Shown here one piece after another: positions 18,369 to 27,470 of a DNA stretch of 64,000 bases. The notes beneath the pieces were generated by a model. It saw only the letters and a program-made list of their open reading frames with translations, searched no databases and was not told where the DNA came from. Source of the DNA: a virus; IMG/VR virus record IMGVR_UViG_3300020182_000008, positions 40,628 through 104,627 of that record; one strand, written 5' to 3'. The position numbers and the translations under genes are program-made. Every line of letters starts with the position of its first letter. The stretch's first letter is position 1.

Positions 18369-18959
18369 ATGCTTACGGAAAATCAGGTTATACAATTAAG
18401 GACATCACTTAATAATAAAGGGTATTGTCAAGTAAATAACATAATTCATCCTCAGTTAGTAAAGTATCTTCAAGTAAGTTCTCAAATATTAGAGCGTGAT
18501 GCTCTAATGGAAACTAATGATGAAAAAGAAGTAGTAAAGACTAATGCCCAAAATTCTATTTCACAATATGCTCCTTCAATTGGTGAAAGTTTACTTATTT
18601 ATTTAACCCCAATTTATTCCCAAATTGCAGGTAAAAATTTGTTTCCTACTTATTCTTATTATAGGAAGTATTCCAAAACTAATCTACTAGAACAACACTC
18701 AGATAGACCTTCTTGTCAATATTCGGTTACAATACAAATAGATAGTAGTATAGATAAATCTTGGCCTATTTGGATTCAAAGTAAAGATGGTAAAGATATA
18801 AAATGTAATTCTAAAAAAGGGGATGCAGTATTTTATAAAGGTGAAGAAGTATTACATTGGAGAGAAGAATTAGAATATGAATATAGTTCACATTTATTTT
18901 TACATTGGGTAGATAAAGATAATCCTGATTATAAAGAATTTTGGTGGGATGGGCGGTAA
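18369..18959 (+). CDS. 2OG-Fe(II) oxygenase
   Basis: HSDRPSCQYSVTIQI, GDAVFYKG, HWRE, FLHWV. Confidence 0.85.
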   Translation: MLTENQVIQLRTSLNNKGYCQVNNIIHPQLVKYLQVSSQILERDALMETNDEKEVVKTNAQNSISQYAPSIGESLLIYLTPIYSQIAGKNLFPTYSYYRKYSKTNLLEQHSDRPSCQYSVTIQIDSSIDKSWPIWIQSKDGKDIKCNSKKGDAVFYKGEEVLHWREELEYEYSSHLFLHWVDKDNPDYKEFWWDGR

Positions 18960-18963
18960 ATAT

Positions 18964-18994
18964 TTGTTTCTCTCAAATAGGTTTCGTATATTTA
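18964..18994 (+). promoter_or_regulatory. Early promoter TTGT-N17-CGTATATTTA
   Basis: Same spacing as the other sites. Confidence 0.75.
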
Positions 18995-19012
18995 TGGATA
19001 AGTTAAAAGGTT

Positions 19013-19462
19013 ATGGCATTGTTACAATTTACAAATTTGAATAAACATGGAAATAAACGTTCACGTATTATTCATAAACCAACTACACAAATAGGGGTTA
19101 ATCCCGAAGGTTTTGGTAGTTATATCCACGTTAATGTTTTTAAATACGAGTATACACATCCTGTAATGGCACCAACATTATTAAAAAAGGATGGTAAAAC
19201 ATATTTAATGCCCGAGTGGAGAGAAGTTCATCCTGAAACAACATTAAATGATATTATTTGGAAAAAACCAAAAATAAAAAAACAGGATAAATTTGAAAAG
19301 AAAACATGGAAATTCGAATCATCAAGTAGCGATTCAGTTTACATGGTAATACAGGTTGATTCTGCTACCTTGAAGTGTAATTGTCCTGGATTTTTTAGAG
19401 CAAAAGATAGAAATCTAGGATGTAAGCACGTTCAAAAAGTCAGAGCAAGTCTAACGAAATAA
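19013..19462 (+). CDS. SWIM zinc-finger protein
   Basis: CNCPGF...GCKH. Confidence 0.75.
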   Translation: MALLQFTNLNKHGNKRSRIIHKPTTQIGVNPEGFGSYIHVNVFKYEYTHPVMAPTLLKKDGKTYLMPEWREVHPETTLNDIIWKKPKIKKQDKFEKKTWKFESSSSDSVYMVIQVDSATLKCNCPGFFRAKDRNLGCKHVQKVRASLTK

Positions 19463-19468
19463 TTTTTA

Positions 19469-20062
19469 ATGAGGAAACCTATTTTAATGGTTATACTTAC
19501 TTCAGGAATGATGATAGCTTCAGCAATGGTAGAAGCACAATCAATATTTTACATTCCTAGAGAAGTATCGATTAAGGTAACACCCGCTAAGATTAGTGTA
19601 GTAAAACCTAAACTAGAGGTAAAGAATGAAATACCTACAGTTAAGAACCATAGCACTTTTTTAACTGCTATTGGTTTTAGAGAATCATCTGGTAATTACA
19701 AAGCAGTAAATCGCTTTGGCTATTTAGGTAAATACCAGTTTGGTAGAAAAACTCTAAACGCAATTGGGTTTAATAATGTCTCTAATAGAGAATTTTTAGC
19801 AAGTCCAAAACTCCAAGAACAAGCAATGTTAATTTTGTTAAAAAAGAATAAACATACGCTTCGTAAAGAAATTAAAAAATATAGTGGAAAAGTAGTACAC
19901 GGTGTGTATATTACTGAAAGTGGATTATTAGCTGCTGCTCATTTAGGTGGAGCAGGTAATGTTCGAAAATTTTTTCGTAAGGGATATAATTTTGCTGACG
20001 GTAATGGAACTAAAATAACATCGTATATGAAACAATTTGCTAATTATAAATTAAATATTTAA
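19469..20062 (+). CDS. Lysozyme-like/lytic transglycosylase with N-terminal signal or anchor
   Basis: RESSGNYKAVNRFGYLGKYQF, AAAHLGGAG. Confidence 0.75.
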   Translation: MRKPILMVILTSGMMIASAMVEAQSIFYIPREVSIKVTPAKISVVKPKLEVKNEIPTVKNHSTFLTAIGFRESSGNYKAVNRFGYLGKYQFGRKTLNAIGFNNVSNREFLASPKLQEQAMLILLKKNKHTLRKEIKKYSGKVVHGVYITESGLLAAAHLGGAGNVRKFFRKGYNFADGNGTKITSYMKQFANYKLNI

Positions 20063-20067
20063 ATGTT

Positions 20068-20403
20068 ATGAAAGTTGGTAGTTTTGTCTCTTGCATTGAT
20101 GATAAATTCAGTGCTGAGCAATTAAGTAAATTACAATCCATCCCTAAAGAAGGTGATTATTATACTATACGTGATATAGTGGAATACCCAGAATACAATA
20201 GAGTTGGGGTACGATTAGAAGAAATATCAAACCCATTAATCGAAATGAATGGGGGTATGAATGAACCCACTTTTAATATAATGCGTTTTGCTGAATTAGA
20301 TATTCCACCTCCAATTGAAGAAGAGTTAAATGAAATTCTAGATTTAGAATTAGAACCTGTAGAAATAGAAGATGACGGATTACTTAGAAAAATTTATAAT
20401 TAA
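20068..20403 (+). CDS. Hypothetical protein (SH3-like)
   Basis: MKVGSFVSCID...YTIRDI...VRLEEI. Confidence 0.7.
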   Translation: MKVGSFVSCIDDKFSAEQLSKLQSIPKEGDYYTIRDIVEYPEYNRVGVRLEEISNPLIEMNGGMNEPTFNIMRFAELDIPPPIEEELNEILDLELEPVEIEDDGLLRKIYN

Positions 20404-20590
20404 ACAAATTGAACATTATATTCCTGATGGTGTAGATGAATTATCCCATATACATTCTAGAGCATTTATGTTTGAAATAATTACTACACTTATTGAAGAA
20501 AAAAAAGTACCGCCAAAGTTGGCAGTTATTAAATATTTATCGATGAATTATAAAGAGATAATTTATAGCAAATTATCAGTATTAAATTAA
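20372..20590 (+). CDS. Hypothetical protein
   Basis: 72-aa ORF filling the gap. Confidence 0.55.
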   Translation: MTDYLEKFIIKQIEHYIPDGVDELSHIHSRAFMFEIITTLIEEKKVPPKLAVIKYLSMNYKEIIYSKLSVLN

Positions 20591-20599
20591 ATTAAATTT

Positions 20600-20908
20600 A
20601 TGAAAACTATTTTAGTTATTATTTTAGTACTTGCAGTTATAGCTGGAGGTATATGGGTTGCAACCAAGTATTTTGGATTATTCAGCGACGCAGACAAGGA
20701 TGGAATTCCTGATGAAGTAGAAGAAACAGTAGAAGATGCTAAAGCAGCTGTTAAGAAAACTACTAAAGAAGTTAAGCGTAGAGCTAAACGTGTCAAAGAA
20801 GAAATTCAAGACATTGGTGGTGCAGCTAAAGAACTTGCTAACCAAGTAGGTGATGTAGGTAAAGCTGTTAAAGGTAAACCAAGAACTGGTCGTAAGCCTA
20901 AGAAATAA
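20600..20908 (+). CDS. Membrane-anchored helical protein
   Basis: N-terminal TM, DADKDGIPD, amphipathic K/E/A-rich helix. Confidence 0.7.
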   Translation: MKTILVIILVLAVIAGGIWVATKYFGLFSDADKDGIPDEVEETVEDAKAAVKKTTKEVKRRAKRVKEEIQDIGGAAKELANQVGDVGKAVKGKPRTGRKPKK

Positions 20909-20909
20909 A

Positions 20910-21518
20910 TTGAAAAATTTATTATCGATTTTACTAACGCTAACTTATTTAAGTTGTACAGCGCAAGATGATTTTGTTAAACCTAATTTAAGGGATTTAG
21001 TTGAAGTTGAAACCTCAATCTTTAAAGTTTGGTATAGCGAGACTAAAGAACAACCTGTAAAATTAGTTTACAAATCATCCAATCGTCCCAAGAATGTAGA
21101 TAGGGGTTCTATGAACTTTTATACTGAAGATGATTACCATACTTCAGATAATAAAGATTATTATAGAAACGTATGGGATAAAGGGCATTTAGCCCCTGCT
21201 GCTACATTTAGTGATTCTAAAGAAAACTTAAAACAAACATTTAGCTACTTAAACTGTGCTTTACAAAATCAGTACCTAAATAGAGGTCAATGGAGATTAT
21301 TAGAAGAAGCAGAACGTAATTGGGATGATTTTGAAGAACTAGAAGTTACTATTGATATAGAATTTAGTGATTCAATTTTACCAACGGGCGCTACTATACC
21401 TTCTAAGTTTATTAAACATATTTATCTTACAAAAAACAACGTTTGGGAATGTTACGAATTTGAAAACGAACGCCCTGAATATGATTATTTAGAGTACAAA
21501 GTAGAACATATACATTAG
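20910..21518 (+). CDS. DNA/RNA non-specific endonuclease, lipoprotein
   Basis: Lipobox YLSC; DKGHLAP, YLNCALQ...LNRGQW..LE. Confidence 0.9.
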   Translation: MKNLLSILLTLTYLSCTAQDDFVKPNLRDLVEVETSIFKVWYSETKEQPVKLVYKSSNRPKNVDRGSMNFYTEDDYHTSDNKDYYRNVWDKGHLAPAATFSDSKENLKQTFSYLNCALQNQYLNRGQWRLLEEAERNWDDFEELEVTIDIEFSDSILPTGATIPSKFIKHIYLTKNNVWECYEFENERPEYDYLEYKVEHIH

Positions 21519-21534
21519 TTATAAAAAATGGGTT

Positions 21535-22419
21535 ATGGAAGAAAAATATTTAATTTGGCACGTCCAAGGTGGGATAGGTAAGAATGTTGCCTCTACATCT
21601 TTAATTCCAGATCTAAAAAAACAATACCCAGGAAGGAAACTTATAATGGTAGTTTCCTGGCCGGAAGTATTTTTAAATCATCCCTATATAGATAAAGTTT
21701 ATTCATTAGGTAACCATCCTTATTTTTACGAAAAATATATTGAAAATAAAGATGTTATTATTTTTAAACATGAACCTTATGATCAAACAGGTCATATAAC
21801 TAAGAAAAAACACCTAATTGAAAATTGGTGTGATCTATTAGGAATTGAACATAAAGAACAAATTCCTTATTTTTCTATTAACTATGCTCAAAATAAATTA
21901 CAATTACAATGGGTAAGAGAAAAACCTGTTTTATTATTACAAACTACAGGAGGTCCCTTTTTATCTTCTGAAGGCCCCCCTAAACCTTATGTATGGACTA
22001 GAGATTTACCAATAGAAATAGCCCAAACTATAGTAAACAAATATAGCCAAGATTACCATATTATACAAGTTACAAAAGATGGTGGGTATGGGTTACAGGG
22101 TGTAGAAAGATTAGATAAGCAGTTAAGTAATATAGAACTATTTTCTTTAGTAGCAGCCTCTCAAAAACGTATATTAATTGATTCTTCACTACAACATGCT
22201 GCTGCAGCATTTAGAATGCCTTCAACAGTATTTTGGGTAGGAACTTCACCTAAAGTATTTGGTTATAAGATGCATACTAATATAACAGCTAAATTACCTG
22301 AAAAAGCCAATCAACTTATAAATTCATATATGTTTGATTTTAATTTTGATAATAATACTCATGAATGTCCCTATATGTCAATAAATGAAATGTTTGATAT
22401 AGAAAATTTGGATATTTAG
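21535..22419 (+). CDS. GT9-like (heptosyltransferase-like) glycosyltransferase
   Basis: GGIGKNV, FLNHPYID, IDSSLQHAAAAFRMPSTVFW. Confidence 0.75.
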   Translation: MEEKYLIWHVQGGIGKNVASTSLIPDLKKQYPGRKLIMVVSWPEVFLNHPYIDKVYSLGNHPYFYEKYIENKDVIIFKHEPYDQTGHITKKKHLIENWCDLLGIEHKEQIPYFSINYAQNKLQLQWVREKPVLLLQTTGGPFLSSEGPPKPYVWTRDLPIEIAQTIVNKYSQDYHIIQVTKDGGYGLQGVERLDKQLSNIELFSLVAASQKRILIDSSLQHAAAAFRMPSTVFWVGTSPKVFGYKMHTNITAKLPEKANQLINSYMFDFNFDNNTHECPYMSINEMFDIENLDI

Positions 22420-22438
22420 AATTAAAATCGTATATTAA
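22408..22438 (+). promoter_or_regulatory. Early promoter TTGG-N17-CGTATATTAA
   Basis: Same spacing as the other sites. Confidence 0.7.
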
Positions 22439-22465
22439 ATATATTAATCAATAAAGTTATAAACA

Positions 22466-22672
22466 ATGAGTTATTTTTCAGTATTAGTTGAGTTGGAAGG
22501 AGAACCAAAACGAAATGGTGCCCCAACCAAAATCCGTGAAATGTATTTAGTAGATGCTATGTCATGTACAGAAGCAGAAGCAAAAACCGTAAGTAAGTTA
22601 CGTGAGGAGGGAACTATTCAAGACTTCCGTGTTACCAAAACCACAGAAACAAAATATTTAGCTGTTATCTAA
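22466..22672 (+). CDS. DUF4494-like protein
   Basis: REMYLVDAMSCTEAEAK, like the Bacteroidota DUF4494 YLVDALSFTEAE motif. Confidence 0.75.
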   Translation: MSYFSVLVELEGEPKRNGAPTKIREMYLVDAMSCTEAEAKTVSKLREEGTIQDFRVTKTTETKYLAVI

Positions 22673-22821
22673 TGAGTTATTTTGATGTTAAGCAAAAACA
22701 CTACACTGAAATACTTCGTTTAATTGATGAAGTAGTCTCTTCGGGTGGTAGCGTACAAGAAGTACGTAATAAATTAACTAACTTAATAACAGAAATAGAC
22801 GAAATAAAAGCACAAATATGA
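22672..22821 (+). CDS. Microprotein (49 aa), not in ORF track
   Basis: MSYFDVKQKHYTEILRLIDEVVSSGGSVQEVRNKLTNLITEIDEIKAQI; TAATG overlap with the upstream gene. Confidence 0.65.
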   Translation: MSYFDVKQKHYTEILRLIDEVVSSGGSVQEVRNKLTNLITEIDEIKAQI

Positions 22822-22952
22822 GCAAAATATCATCCAAACAACGTTATTTACAATTGAAGGATTGGTTACCTACATTTGTAAAGTCAACACCAAAAACAAA
22901 CCAACCAAAAAAAGAATCACGTATAAATTATTATAAACAAAAAGGAAATTAA
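22818..22952 (+). CDS. Basic microprotein (44 aa), not in ORF track
   Basis: MSKISSKQRYLQLKDWLPTFVKSTPKTNQPKKESRINYYKQKGN; ATGA overlap. Confidence 0.65.
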   Translation: MSKISSKQRYLQLKDWLPTFVKSTPKTNQPKKESRINYYKQKGN

Positions 22953-22953
22953 A

Positions 22954-23709
22954 ATGAATAATGAAATTAATTGGGATGATTCAGTATCAACAAATGATAT
23001 CCCTAACTTTAATTGGGAAGAACCCGTAGAATCCACAGAATCAACAAATGATATCCCTAACTTTAATTGGAAAGAACCTACTACAGATCTCTCAGAAAAT
23101 CCCCAAAACAATTATCCTCAACCTGAACCAGTAGAAGATTCTGTAGTTACTAATGAGTTCAATACTGAAGATAGTATTATTGAGATAGAAGATTTAAATA
23201 ATAATCAACTTGAAAGAAATTTTAATTATTTAGGAAATATTCCTTCTTTAACAGTAAATACTAAATTATGGAAGGTTAATACTGATAATGATGAAATTTT
23301 ATCTAAAGATATAAATTTAAATGAATTAACTTCTATAGATAATGAATGCAAGTTTCAATTAAATTTACAACCAGAAACATCTTTATCAAATTTACTTCTT
23401 TCTATAAGTAAAACAGGGTTAAAACATGGGTTAAAACTTAGTAGTGCATTTTTGTATAGAGTAAAACCTAATGAATCTACACTTAATATATTTAAAGGTA
23501 ATCCACGTTCACACTTTATTTATTTTCTTCAAGCTGATTATAATAGTGGAGAAGTATTACTAGATCTATCTGCCATAAATGGCCCTACAACTAAAATCCT
23601 AGATTCAACCCCTGGATTACTTGTTATATTTGATGGATGGGTTCCATATAGAATATCTAAAAACCAAAACCAAAAAGATTTAATAGCAGTTGCAGGTACT
23701 TTTGTTTAA
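22954..23709 (+). CDS. Degenerate 2OG-Fe(II) oxygenase-like protein with N-terminal repeats
   Basis: FIYFLQ..SGE.LL, PGLLVIFDGWVPY, IAVAG follow the DSBH pattern, but the His ligands are missing. Confidence 0.55.
   Translation: MNNEINWDDSVSTNDIPNFNWEEPVESTESTNDIPNFNWKEPTTDLSENPQNNYPQPEPVEDSVVTNEFNTEDSIIEIEDLNNNQLERNFNYLGNIPSLTVNTKLWKVNTDNDEILSKDINLNELTSIDNECKFQLNLQPETSLSNLLLSISKTGLKHGLKLSSAFLYRVKPNESTLNIFKGNPRSHFIYFLQADYNSGEVLLDLSAINGPTTKILDSTPGLLVIFDGWVPYRISKNQNQKDLIAVAGTFV
22987..23070 (+). repeat. 30-bp exact direct repeat (STNDIPNFNW x2)
   Basis: TCAACAAATGATATCCCTAACTTTAATTGG at 22987-23016 and 23041-23070. Confidence 0.95.
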
Positions 23710-24056
23710 TGGATTATAGATTATTAACATTAGGTTTTATTTACTTCGTTGTAGGTCAAATTTTAATTTGGTTCCAATCACATTTACAATTTATATCTAG
23801 TTGGAGTAAAGATAACCCTTTATTAGTTGCAGTACCAGGTGTTTTAGTATCATATGTTTCAATTTTAGCAACTAAACATCTAGCAGAAGCATTTGATGGT
23901 TTAGTTTGGCCTAGTAGGCTAATCGGTTTTGGAATAGGGATAATATTATTTAGTTTATTAACTTGGATATTATTAGGTGAAAAAATTGAGATGAAAAGTG
24001 CTATTTGTGTAGTATTAGCATTTTGTATTTTATTAATTCAATTATTTTGGAAGTAA
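23709..24056 (+). CDS. Small DMT/SMR-like membrane protein
   Basis: 115 aa, four hydrophobic segments, LLGEKI motif before the last helix. Confidence 0.65.
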   Translation: MDYRLLTLGFIYFVVGQILIWFQSHLQFISSWSKDNPLLVAVPGVLVSYVSILATKHLAEAFDGLVWPSRLIGFGIGIILFSLLTWILLGEKIEMKSAICVVLAFCILLIQLFWK

Positions 24057-24583
24057 TCCCTTTATTTGCTATTAATACTTTTAAATTTAGATTAAATACC
24101 AGTTATTTTGCTAGATTAATTGATGGTTTATATAAATTAAAGCAAAATGATAAAGAAGGGCGTGAAGTAAGTAATCAAGGTGGTTGGCAATCTAATGATA
24201 TAACAAATAGTGAATTATTTAACTCATTATTACCTTTTTTAAATAAAAAAATATCCAAATTTTTTAAAGAAGAATATAAAGTAGAAGAAGTATGGGCAAA
24301 TATTTCACCTAAATATTCTTATAATTCAATTCATACCCATTCTTTTATAGGAATGGGAAACTTTCCATATAACCAACTCTCGGGAGTAATGTATTTGCAA
24401 TGTACTAAGGATAGTGGAGATTTAAATTTATATAACCCTCATTTTGTTGGTAGTGTATTTAATTATTCTCCTAAAGTAGGAGATGTGATATTGTTTCCTA
24501 GTACACTCCCTCATTCTGTAGGGAGAAATAATACTGATGTGGATAGAATTTCTATAGCTTTTAATTCAAATAGAATTGAATAA
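24047..24583 (+). CDS. 2OG-Fe(II) oxygenase (TIGR02466-like)
   Basis: TTG start (MEVIPLF); GGWQS, WANI, HTH, SGVMY, GDVILFPSTLPHSV, RISIAFN. Confidence 0.85.
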   Translation: MEVIPLFAINTFKFRLNTSYFARLIDGLYKLKQNDKEGREVSNQGGWQSNDITNSELFNSLLPFLNKKISKFFKEEYKVEEVWANISPKYSYNSIHTHSFIGMGNFPYNQLSGVMYLQCTKDSGDLNLYNPHFVGSVFNYSPKVGDVILFPSTLPHSVGRNNTDVDRISIAFNSNRIE

Positions 24584-25225
24584 ATGAATATACATTTAAT
24601 AGCTCCTAAAGATAAAAATAAATGGAACCCAATATGGCATCATTGTTATAAAATTTTTAATTCATCTCCATACACAATAAAATTATGGCACGATGAAGAA
24701 ATTGATAAAGAACTAAACAATGATGACCCAGATTTTTTTAATATATTAAATAAATGTCCTAACATATATAAATGGGATTATTTTCGTTATCTATTATTAG
24801 AGAAATATGGGGGAGCTTACTTTGATATGGATATAGAAGTCAAAAGAGACTTTTTTTCACTATTAGATTCTAATAAAATATATTTAGCAGGGGGATATTG
24901 TTCAAGTGGAGTAGAACCCTCAATCATGATTGCAAACCGAAACCAATTTACTTCTACCTTTTTTTATTCATTAAAATTATTTATTCAAGATAGAGTAATG
25001 AAGGAAGATGTATATCCCAATACTTGGGTAAATGTAGTTTGGAAAACTGGTCCTTGGGCTTTATCTTTTTATTTAAACCATTGGATAATGAATAATACCG
25101 ATAAAAATATTGACATTTTACCATACGATTTATTTTCAAAACAAGAACACAGTTTATCTTATAGTGTACATCATTTTACTAATGAATGGCATGAAGGTGA
25201 ATCAATTAAATCACCTAGTATATAA
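24584..25225 (+). CDS. DXD glycosyltransferase (GT32/OCH1-like)
   Basis: DYFRYLLLEKYGGAYFDMD, TGPWAL, HHFTNEW. Confidence 0.85.
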   Translation: MNIHLIAPKDKNKWNPIWHHCYKIFNSSPYTIKLWHDEEIDKELNNDDPDFFNILNKCPNIYKWDYFRYLLLEKYGGAYFDMDIEVKRDFFSLLDSNKIYLAGGYCSSGVEPSIMIANRNQFTSTFFYSLKLFIQDRVMKEDVYPNTWVNVVWKTGPWALSFYLNHWIMNNTDKNIDILPYDLFSKQEHSLSYSVHHFTNEWHEGESIKSPSI

Positions 25226-25869
25226 TGCTTAACAATTCAAATACAGATTTGGGATACCATGAATTATTACCTAATTTTGGATATTTTATAGATACAGTAC
25301 CAAAAAAATTATTAGATGAGTTAAAAGAACATGTTAATTTAATTCAAAATAATTTTTCTATAGGTAATAAAGCTAATGGTTCCTTAGCAGGTGAAATACA
25401 AAAAGAATATTTTATATCCCCAAAGTTAAAGAATATAAAATATATCCATGAATTAGTTAATAAATTTGAACAAGCTAGTAACTATATTACTTCACAGAAA
25501 AATTCAAATTCGATTTCTTTATCATTGGATGAGTTGTGGATAAATTATCAATCAAAACATGAATATAATCCAATACATAGACATGGCGGTTTACTTTCAT
25601 TTGTTATTTGGTATCAAATACCCTATTTAATTATAGAAGAAAAAGAACAATATAGTTCTAAACCTAATAAATCTACTTCAACTCATGGTGATTTTCATTT
25701 TGCATTTCCTAAAAACAGATATGAAGTAGAATCAATCCCACTTTACATAGATAAACAAAAAGAAGGTACTATAGCAATATTTCCTGCAAATTTATATCAT
25801 ACAGTACATCCCTTTTATAGTTCGGATGATTATAGAATAACAATAGCAGGTAATATTATAGGTAAATAA
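25225..25869 (+). CDS. 2OG-Fe(II) oxygenase
   Basis: LWINYQ, NPIHRH, SFVIW, IFPANLYHTVHPF, RITIAGN. Confidence 0.85.
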   Translation: MLNNSNTDLGYHELLPNFGYFIDTVPKKLLDELKEHVNLIQNNFSIGNKANGSLAGEIQKEYFISPKLKNIKYIHELVNKFEQASNYITSQKNSNSISLSLDELWINYQSKHEYNPIHRHGGLLSFVIWYQIPYLIIEEKEQYSSKPNKSTSTHGDFHFAFPKNRYEVESIPLYIDKQKEGTIAIFPANLYHTVHPFYSSDDYRITIAGNIIGK

Positions 25870-25878
25870 AATAATAAT

Positions 25879-26040
25879 ATGGTTTTAGAAATAGGTAACA
25901 AACAAGGTCATGTAGTAATAGATGATAACACAGGTAAAATAATGACTGTACTAGTTAAAAACATAGTTGAGGGTAAACACGATTTTTTAACAACAACAAG
26001 TTATAAGAGAGAAGGGGATAAACATTATAATATAAGGTAA
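25879..26040 (+). CDS. Microprotein (53 aa), not in ORF track
   Basis: MVLEIGNKQGHVVIDDNTGKIMTVLVKNIVEGKHDFLTTTSYKREGDKHYNIR. Confidence 0.55.
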   Translation: MVLEIGNKQGHVVIDDNTGKIMTVLVKNIVEGKHDFLTTTSYKREGDKHYNIR

Positions 26041-26045
26041 GCATC

Positions 26046-26174
26046 ATGAGCAGTAAGTATTTCGGGAATAAACACGATAATAAAACGCAAGGGCAAAAGG
26101 GTAAACCAATGGCCCCAAACAAAAATAAAAGCGCTAAACAAACGCAAATAAAAAAATCGGGTAGGGGAAAATAA
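26046..26174 (+). CDS. Basic microprotein (42 aa)
   Basis: MSSKYFGNKHDNKTQGQKGKPMAPNKNKSAKQTQIKKSGRGK. Confidence 0.6.
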   Translation: MSSKYFGNKHDNKTQGQKGKPMAPNKNKSAKQTQIKKSGRGK

Positions 26175-26207
26175 TTAATAAAAAAGCATACAATAAATCC
26201 AGCGACG

Positions 26208-26315
26208 GTGAACATAACGAATAAGACTCAGACTCGAAAGTTTCTTGATGGATGTGTCCATTCCAAATACGTATATACAATCCTAAACCATACCAACCAT
26301 AAACACGTTAGATGA
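26208..26315 (+). CDS. Possible microprotein (35 aa, GTG start)
   Basis: MNITNKTQTRKFLDGCVHSKYVYTILNHTNHKHVR; ATGA overlap with the next ORF. Confidence 0.35.
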   Translation: MNITNKTQTRKFLDGCVHSKYVYTILNHTNHKHVR

Positions 26316-26455
26316 AAGCACTACAACGTAACACCCGAGTTAAATGGCATAATCCAACAGGCGAGTTGGTCAACATAATATGCCATAAATTAAATGTATA
26401 CAAACGTTATAAACGACGATATCCTAAAAGTCGATATGATATAGGAGGCATATAA
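26312..26455 (+). CDS. Basic microprotein (47 aa)
   Basis: MKALQRNTRVKWHNPTGELVNIICHKLNVYKRYKRRYPKSRYDIGGI. Confidence 0.5.
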   Translation: MKALQRNTRVKWHNPTGELVNIICHKLNVYKRYKRRYPKSRYDIGGI

Positions 26456-26456
26456 A

Positions 26457-26975
26457 ATGAATTATTATTATTTACAAGCACCAACGGTTATAGGAGAGTT
26501 ACAATTAGGAGCCTCGGGGGAGTTGAGGGAGAAATGGGCTAAGGAGGCTTATAATTTAAACCATTCTTCATATCAAACAAGTTTATATAGTCAAATGTCT
26601 AGTTATCACGTTTGGAAGGAAACAAAGACATACAATAAACTCATCAATAATATCCAAATTAAAATAAACCAAGAATACGGCAAAGGGCTATTAAAACAAT
26701 ACAAATATCAGATCGATGAAGCATGGACCGCCGTATATAAGGAAGGTGAATACGCGGAACCACACCACCATAATGAATATAAAATAGCGTTTTGTTATTA
26801 CATTAAGGTAGGTCAAAGTACCTCACCATTAGTGTTTGATCATTTAGGATTTAATATAGTACCTAAGGATGATATGTTAGTGATATTTGATGCTAATTTG
26901 GTTCATAGTGTGCCGCCTCATAAGGGGGAAGATCGTATAATGATGGCTGGGAATTGCTCGTTAACTACAATATAA
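26457..26975 (+). CDS. 2OG-Fe(II) oxygenase
   Basis: AWTAVY, PHHH, FCYY, LVIFDANLVHSVPPH, RIMMAGN. Confidence 0.85.
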   Translation: MNYYYLQAPTVIGELQLGASGELREKWAKEAYNLNHSSYQTSLYSQMSSYHVWKETKTYNKLINNIQIKINQEYGKGLLKQYKYQIDEAWTAVYKEGEYAEPHHHNEYKIAFCYYIKVGQSTSPLVFDHLGFNIVPKDDMLVIFDANLVHSVPPHKGEDRIMMAGNCSLTTI

Positions 26976-27099
26976 ACACGCTGGTGTTCATGATGTAAAT
27001 GCGATTTAATGCGCTCACTATCCTCAACCACCATACCCCGTTATTTAATAATTTAAATGCGTTAAACGCGTTACCTATATAGCTATGGGTTACACCTGC

Positions 27100-27250
27100 C
27101 GGTGGGTTATACACAAGGGCACGTACAACCCAATATAGTGTATTACAAGTCGGTATGCCACACCTATTGGTATTAAATACCGGTGTGTACACTTGCATGT
27201 TGATGCAACCAAATTTCTCTATGAACAAAAGTATATACGCTTGTTCACAA
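27100..27250. other. Non-coding tract dense in inverted repeats
   Basis: Dyads at 27103-27132, 27169-27181, 27185-27192, 27193-27208 and 27222-27247. Confidence 0.6.
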
Positions 27251-27267
27251 ATTAATGCGCGTTTTAT

Positions 27268-27298
27268 TTGGAAAAGCAAATAATTCAGCGTATATTTA
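27268..27298 (+). promoter_or_regulatory. Early promoter TTGG-N17-CGTATATTTA
   Basis: Exact consensus and spacing. Confidence 0.8.
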
Positions 27299-27321
27299 CG
27301 TGTTAATTTAAAAGCGAAAAT

Positions 27322-27453
27322 ATGAACACATTAAAATCAATTACCAAAAATTACAAACCATTTTATTATTTCAACACTGAATCAAGATTGAATTTACTTG
27401 ATAAGTCTAAATTTATTAAAATTAATGATAAAACTTATTACAAAATTAAATAA
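27322..27453 (+). CDS. Microprotein (43 aa)
   Basis: MNTLKSITKNYKPFYYFNTESRLNLLDKSKFIKINDKTYYKIK, directly after a promoter. Confidence 0.6.
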   Translation: MNTLKSITKNYKPFYYFNTESRLNLLDKSKFIKINDKTYYKIK

Positions 27454-27470
27454 AAAAAATTAAATAACGT

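Noticed and set aside
26965-27279. 104-aa minus-strand ORF over the dyad-rich tract
   Set aside because: No motif, TTG start overlapping a plus-strand promoter, against the uniform gene orientation; not fully excluded
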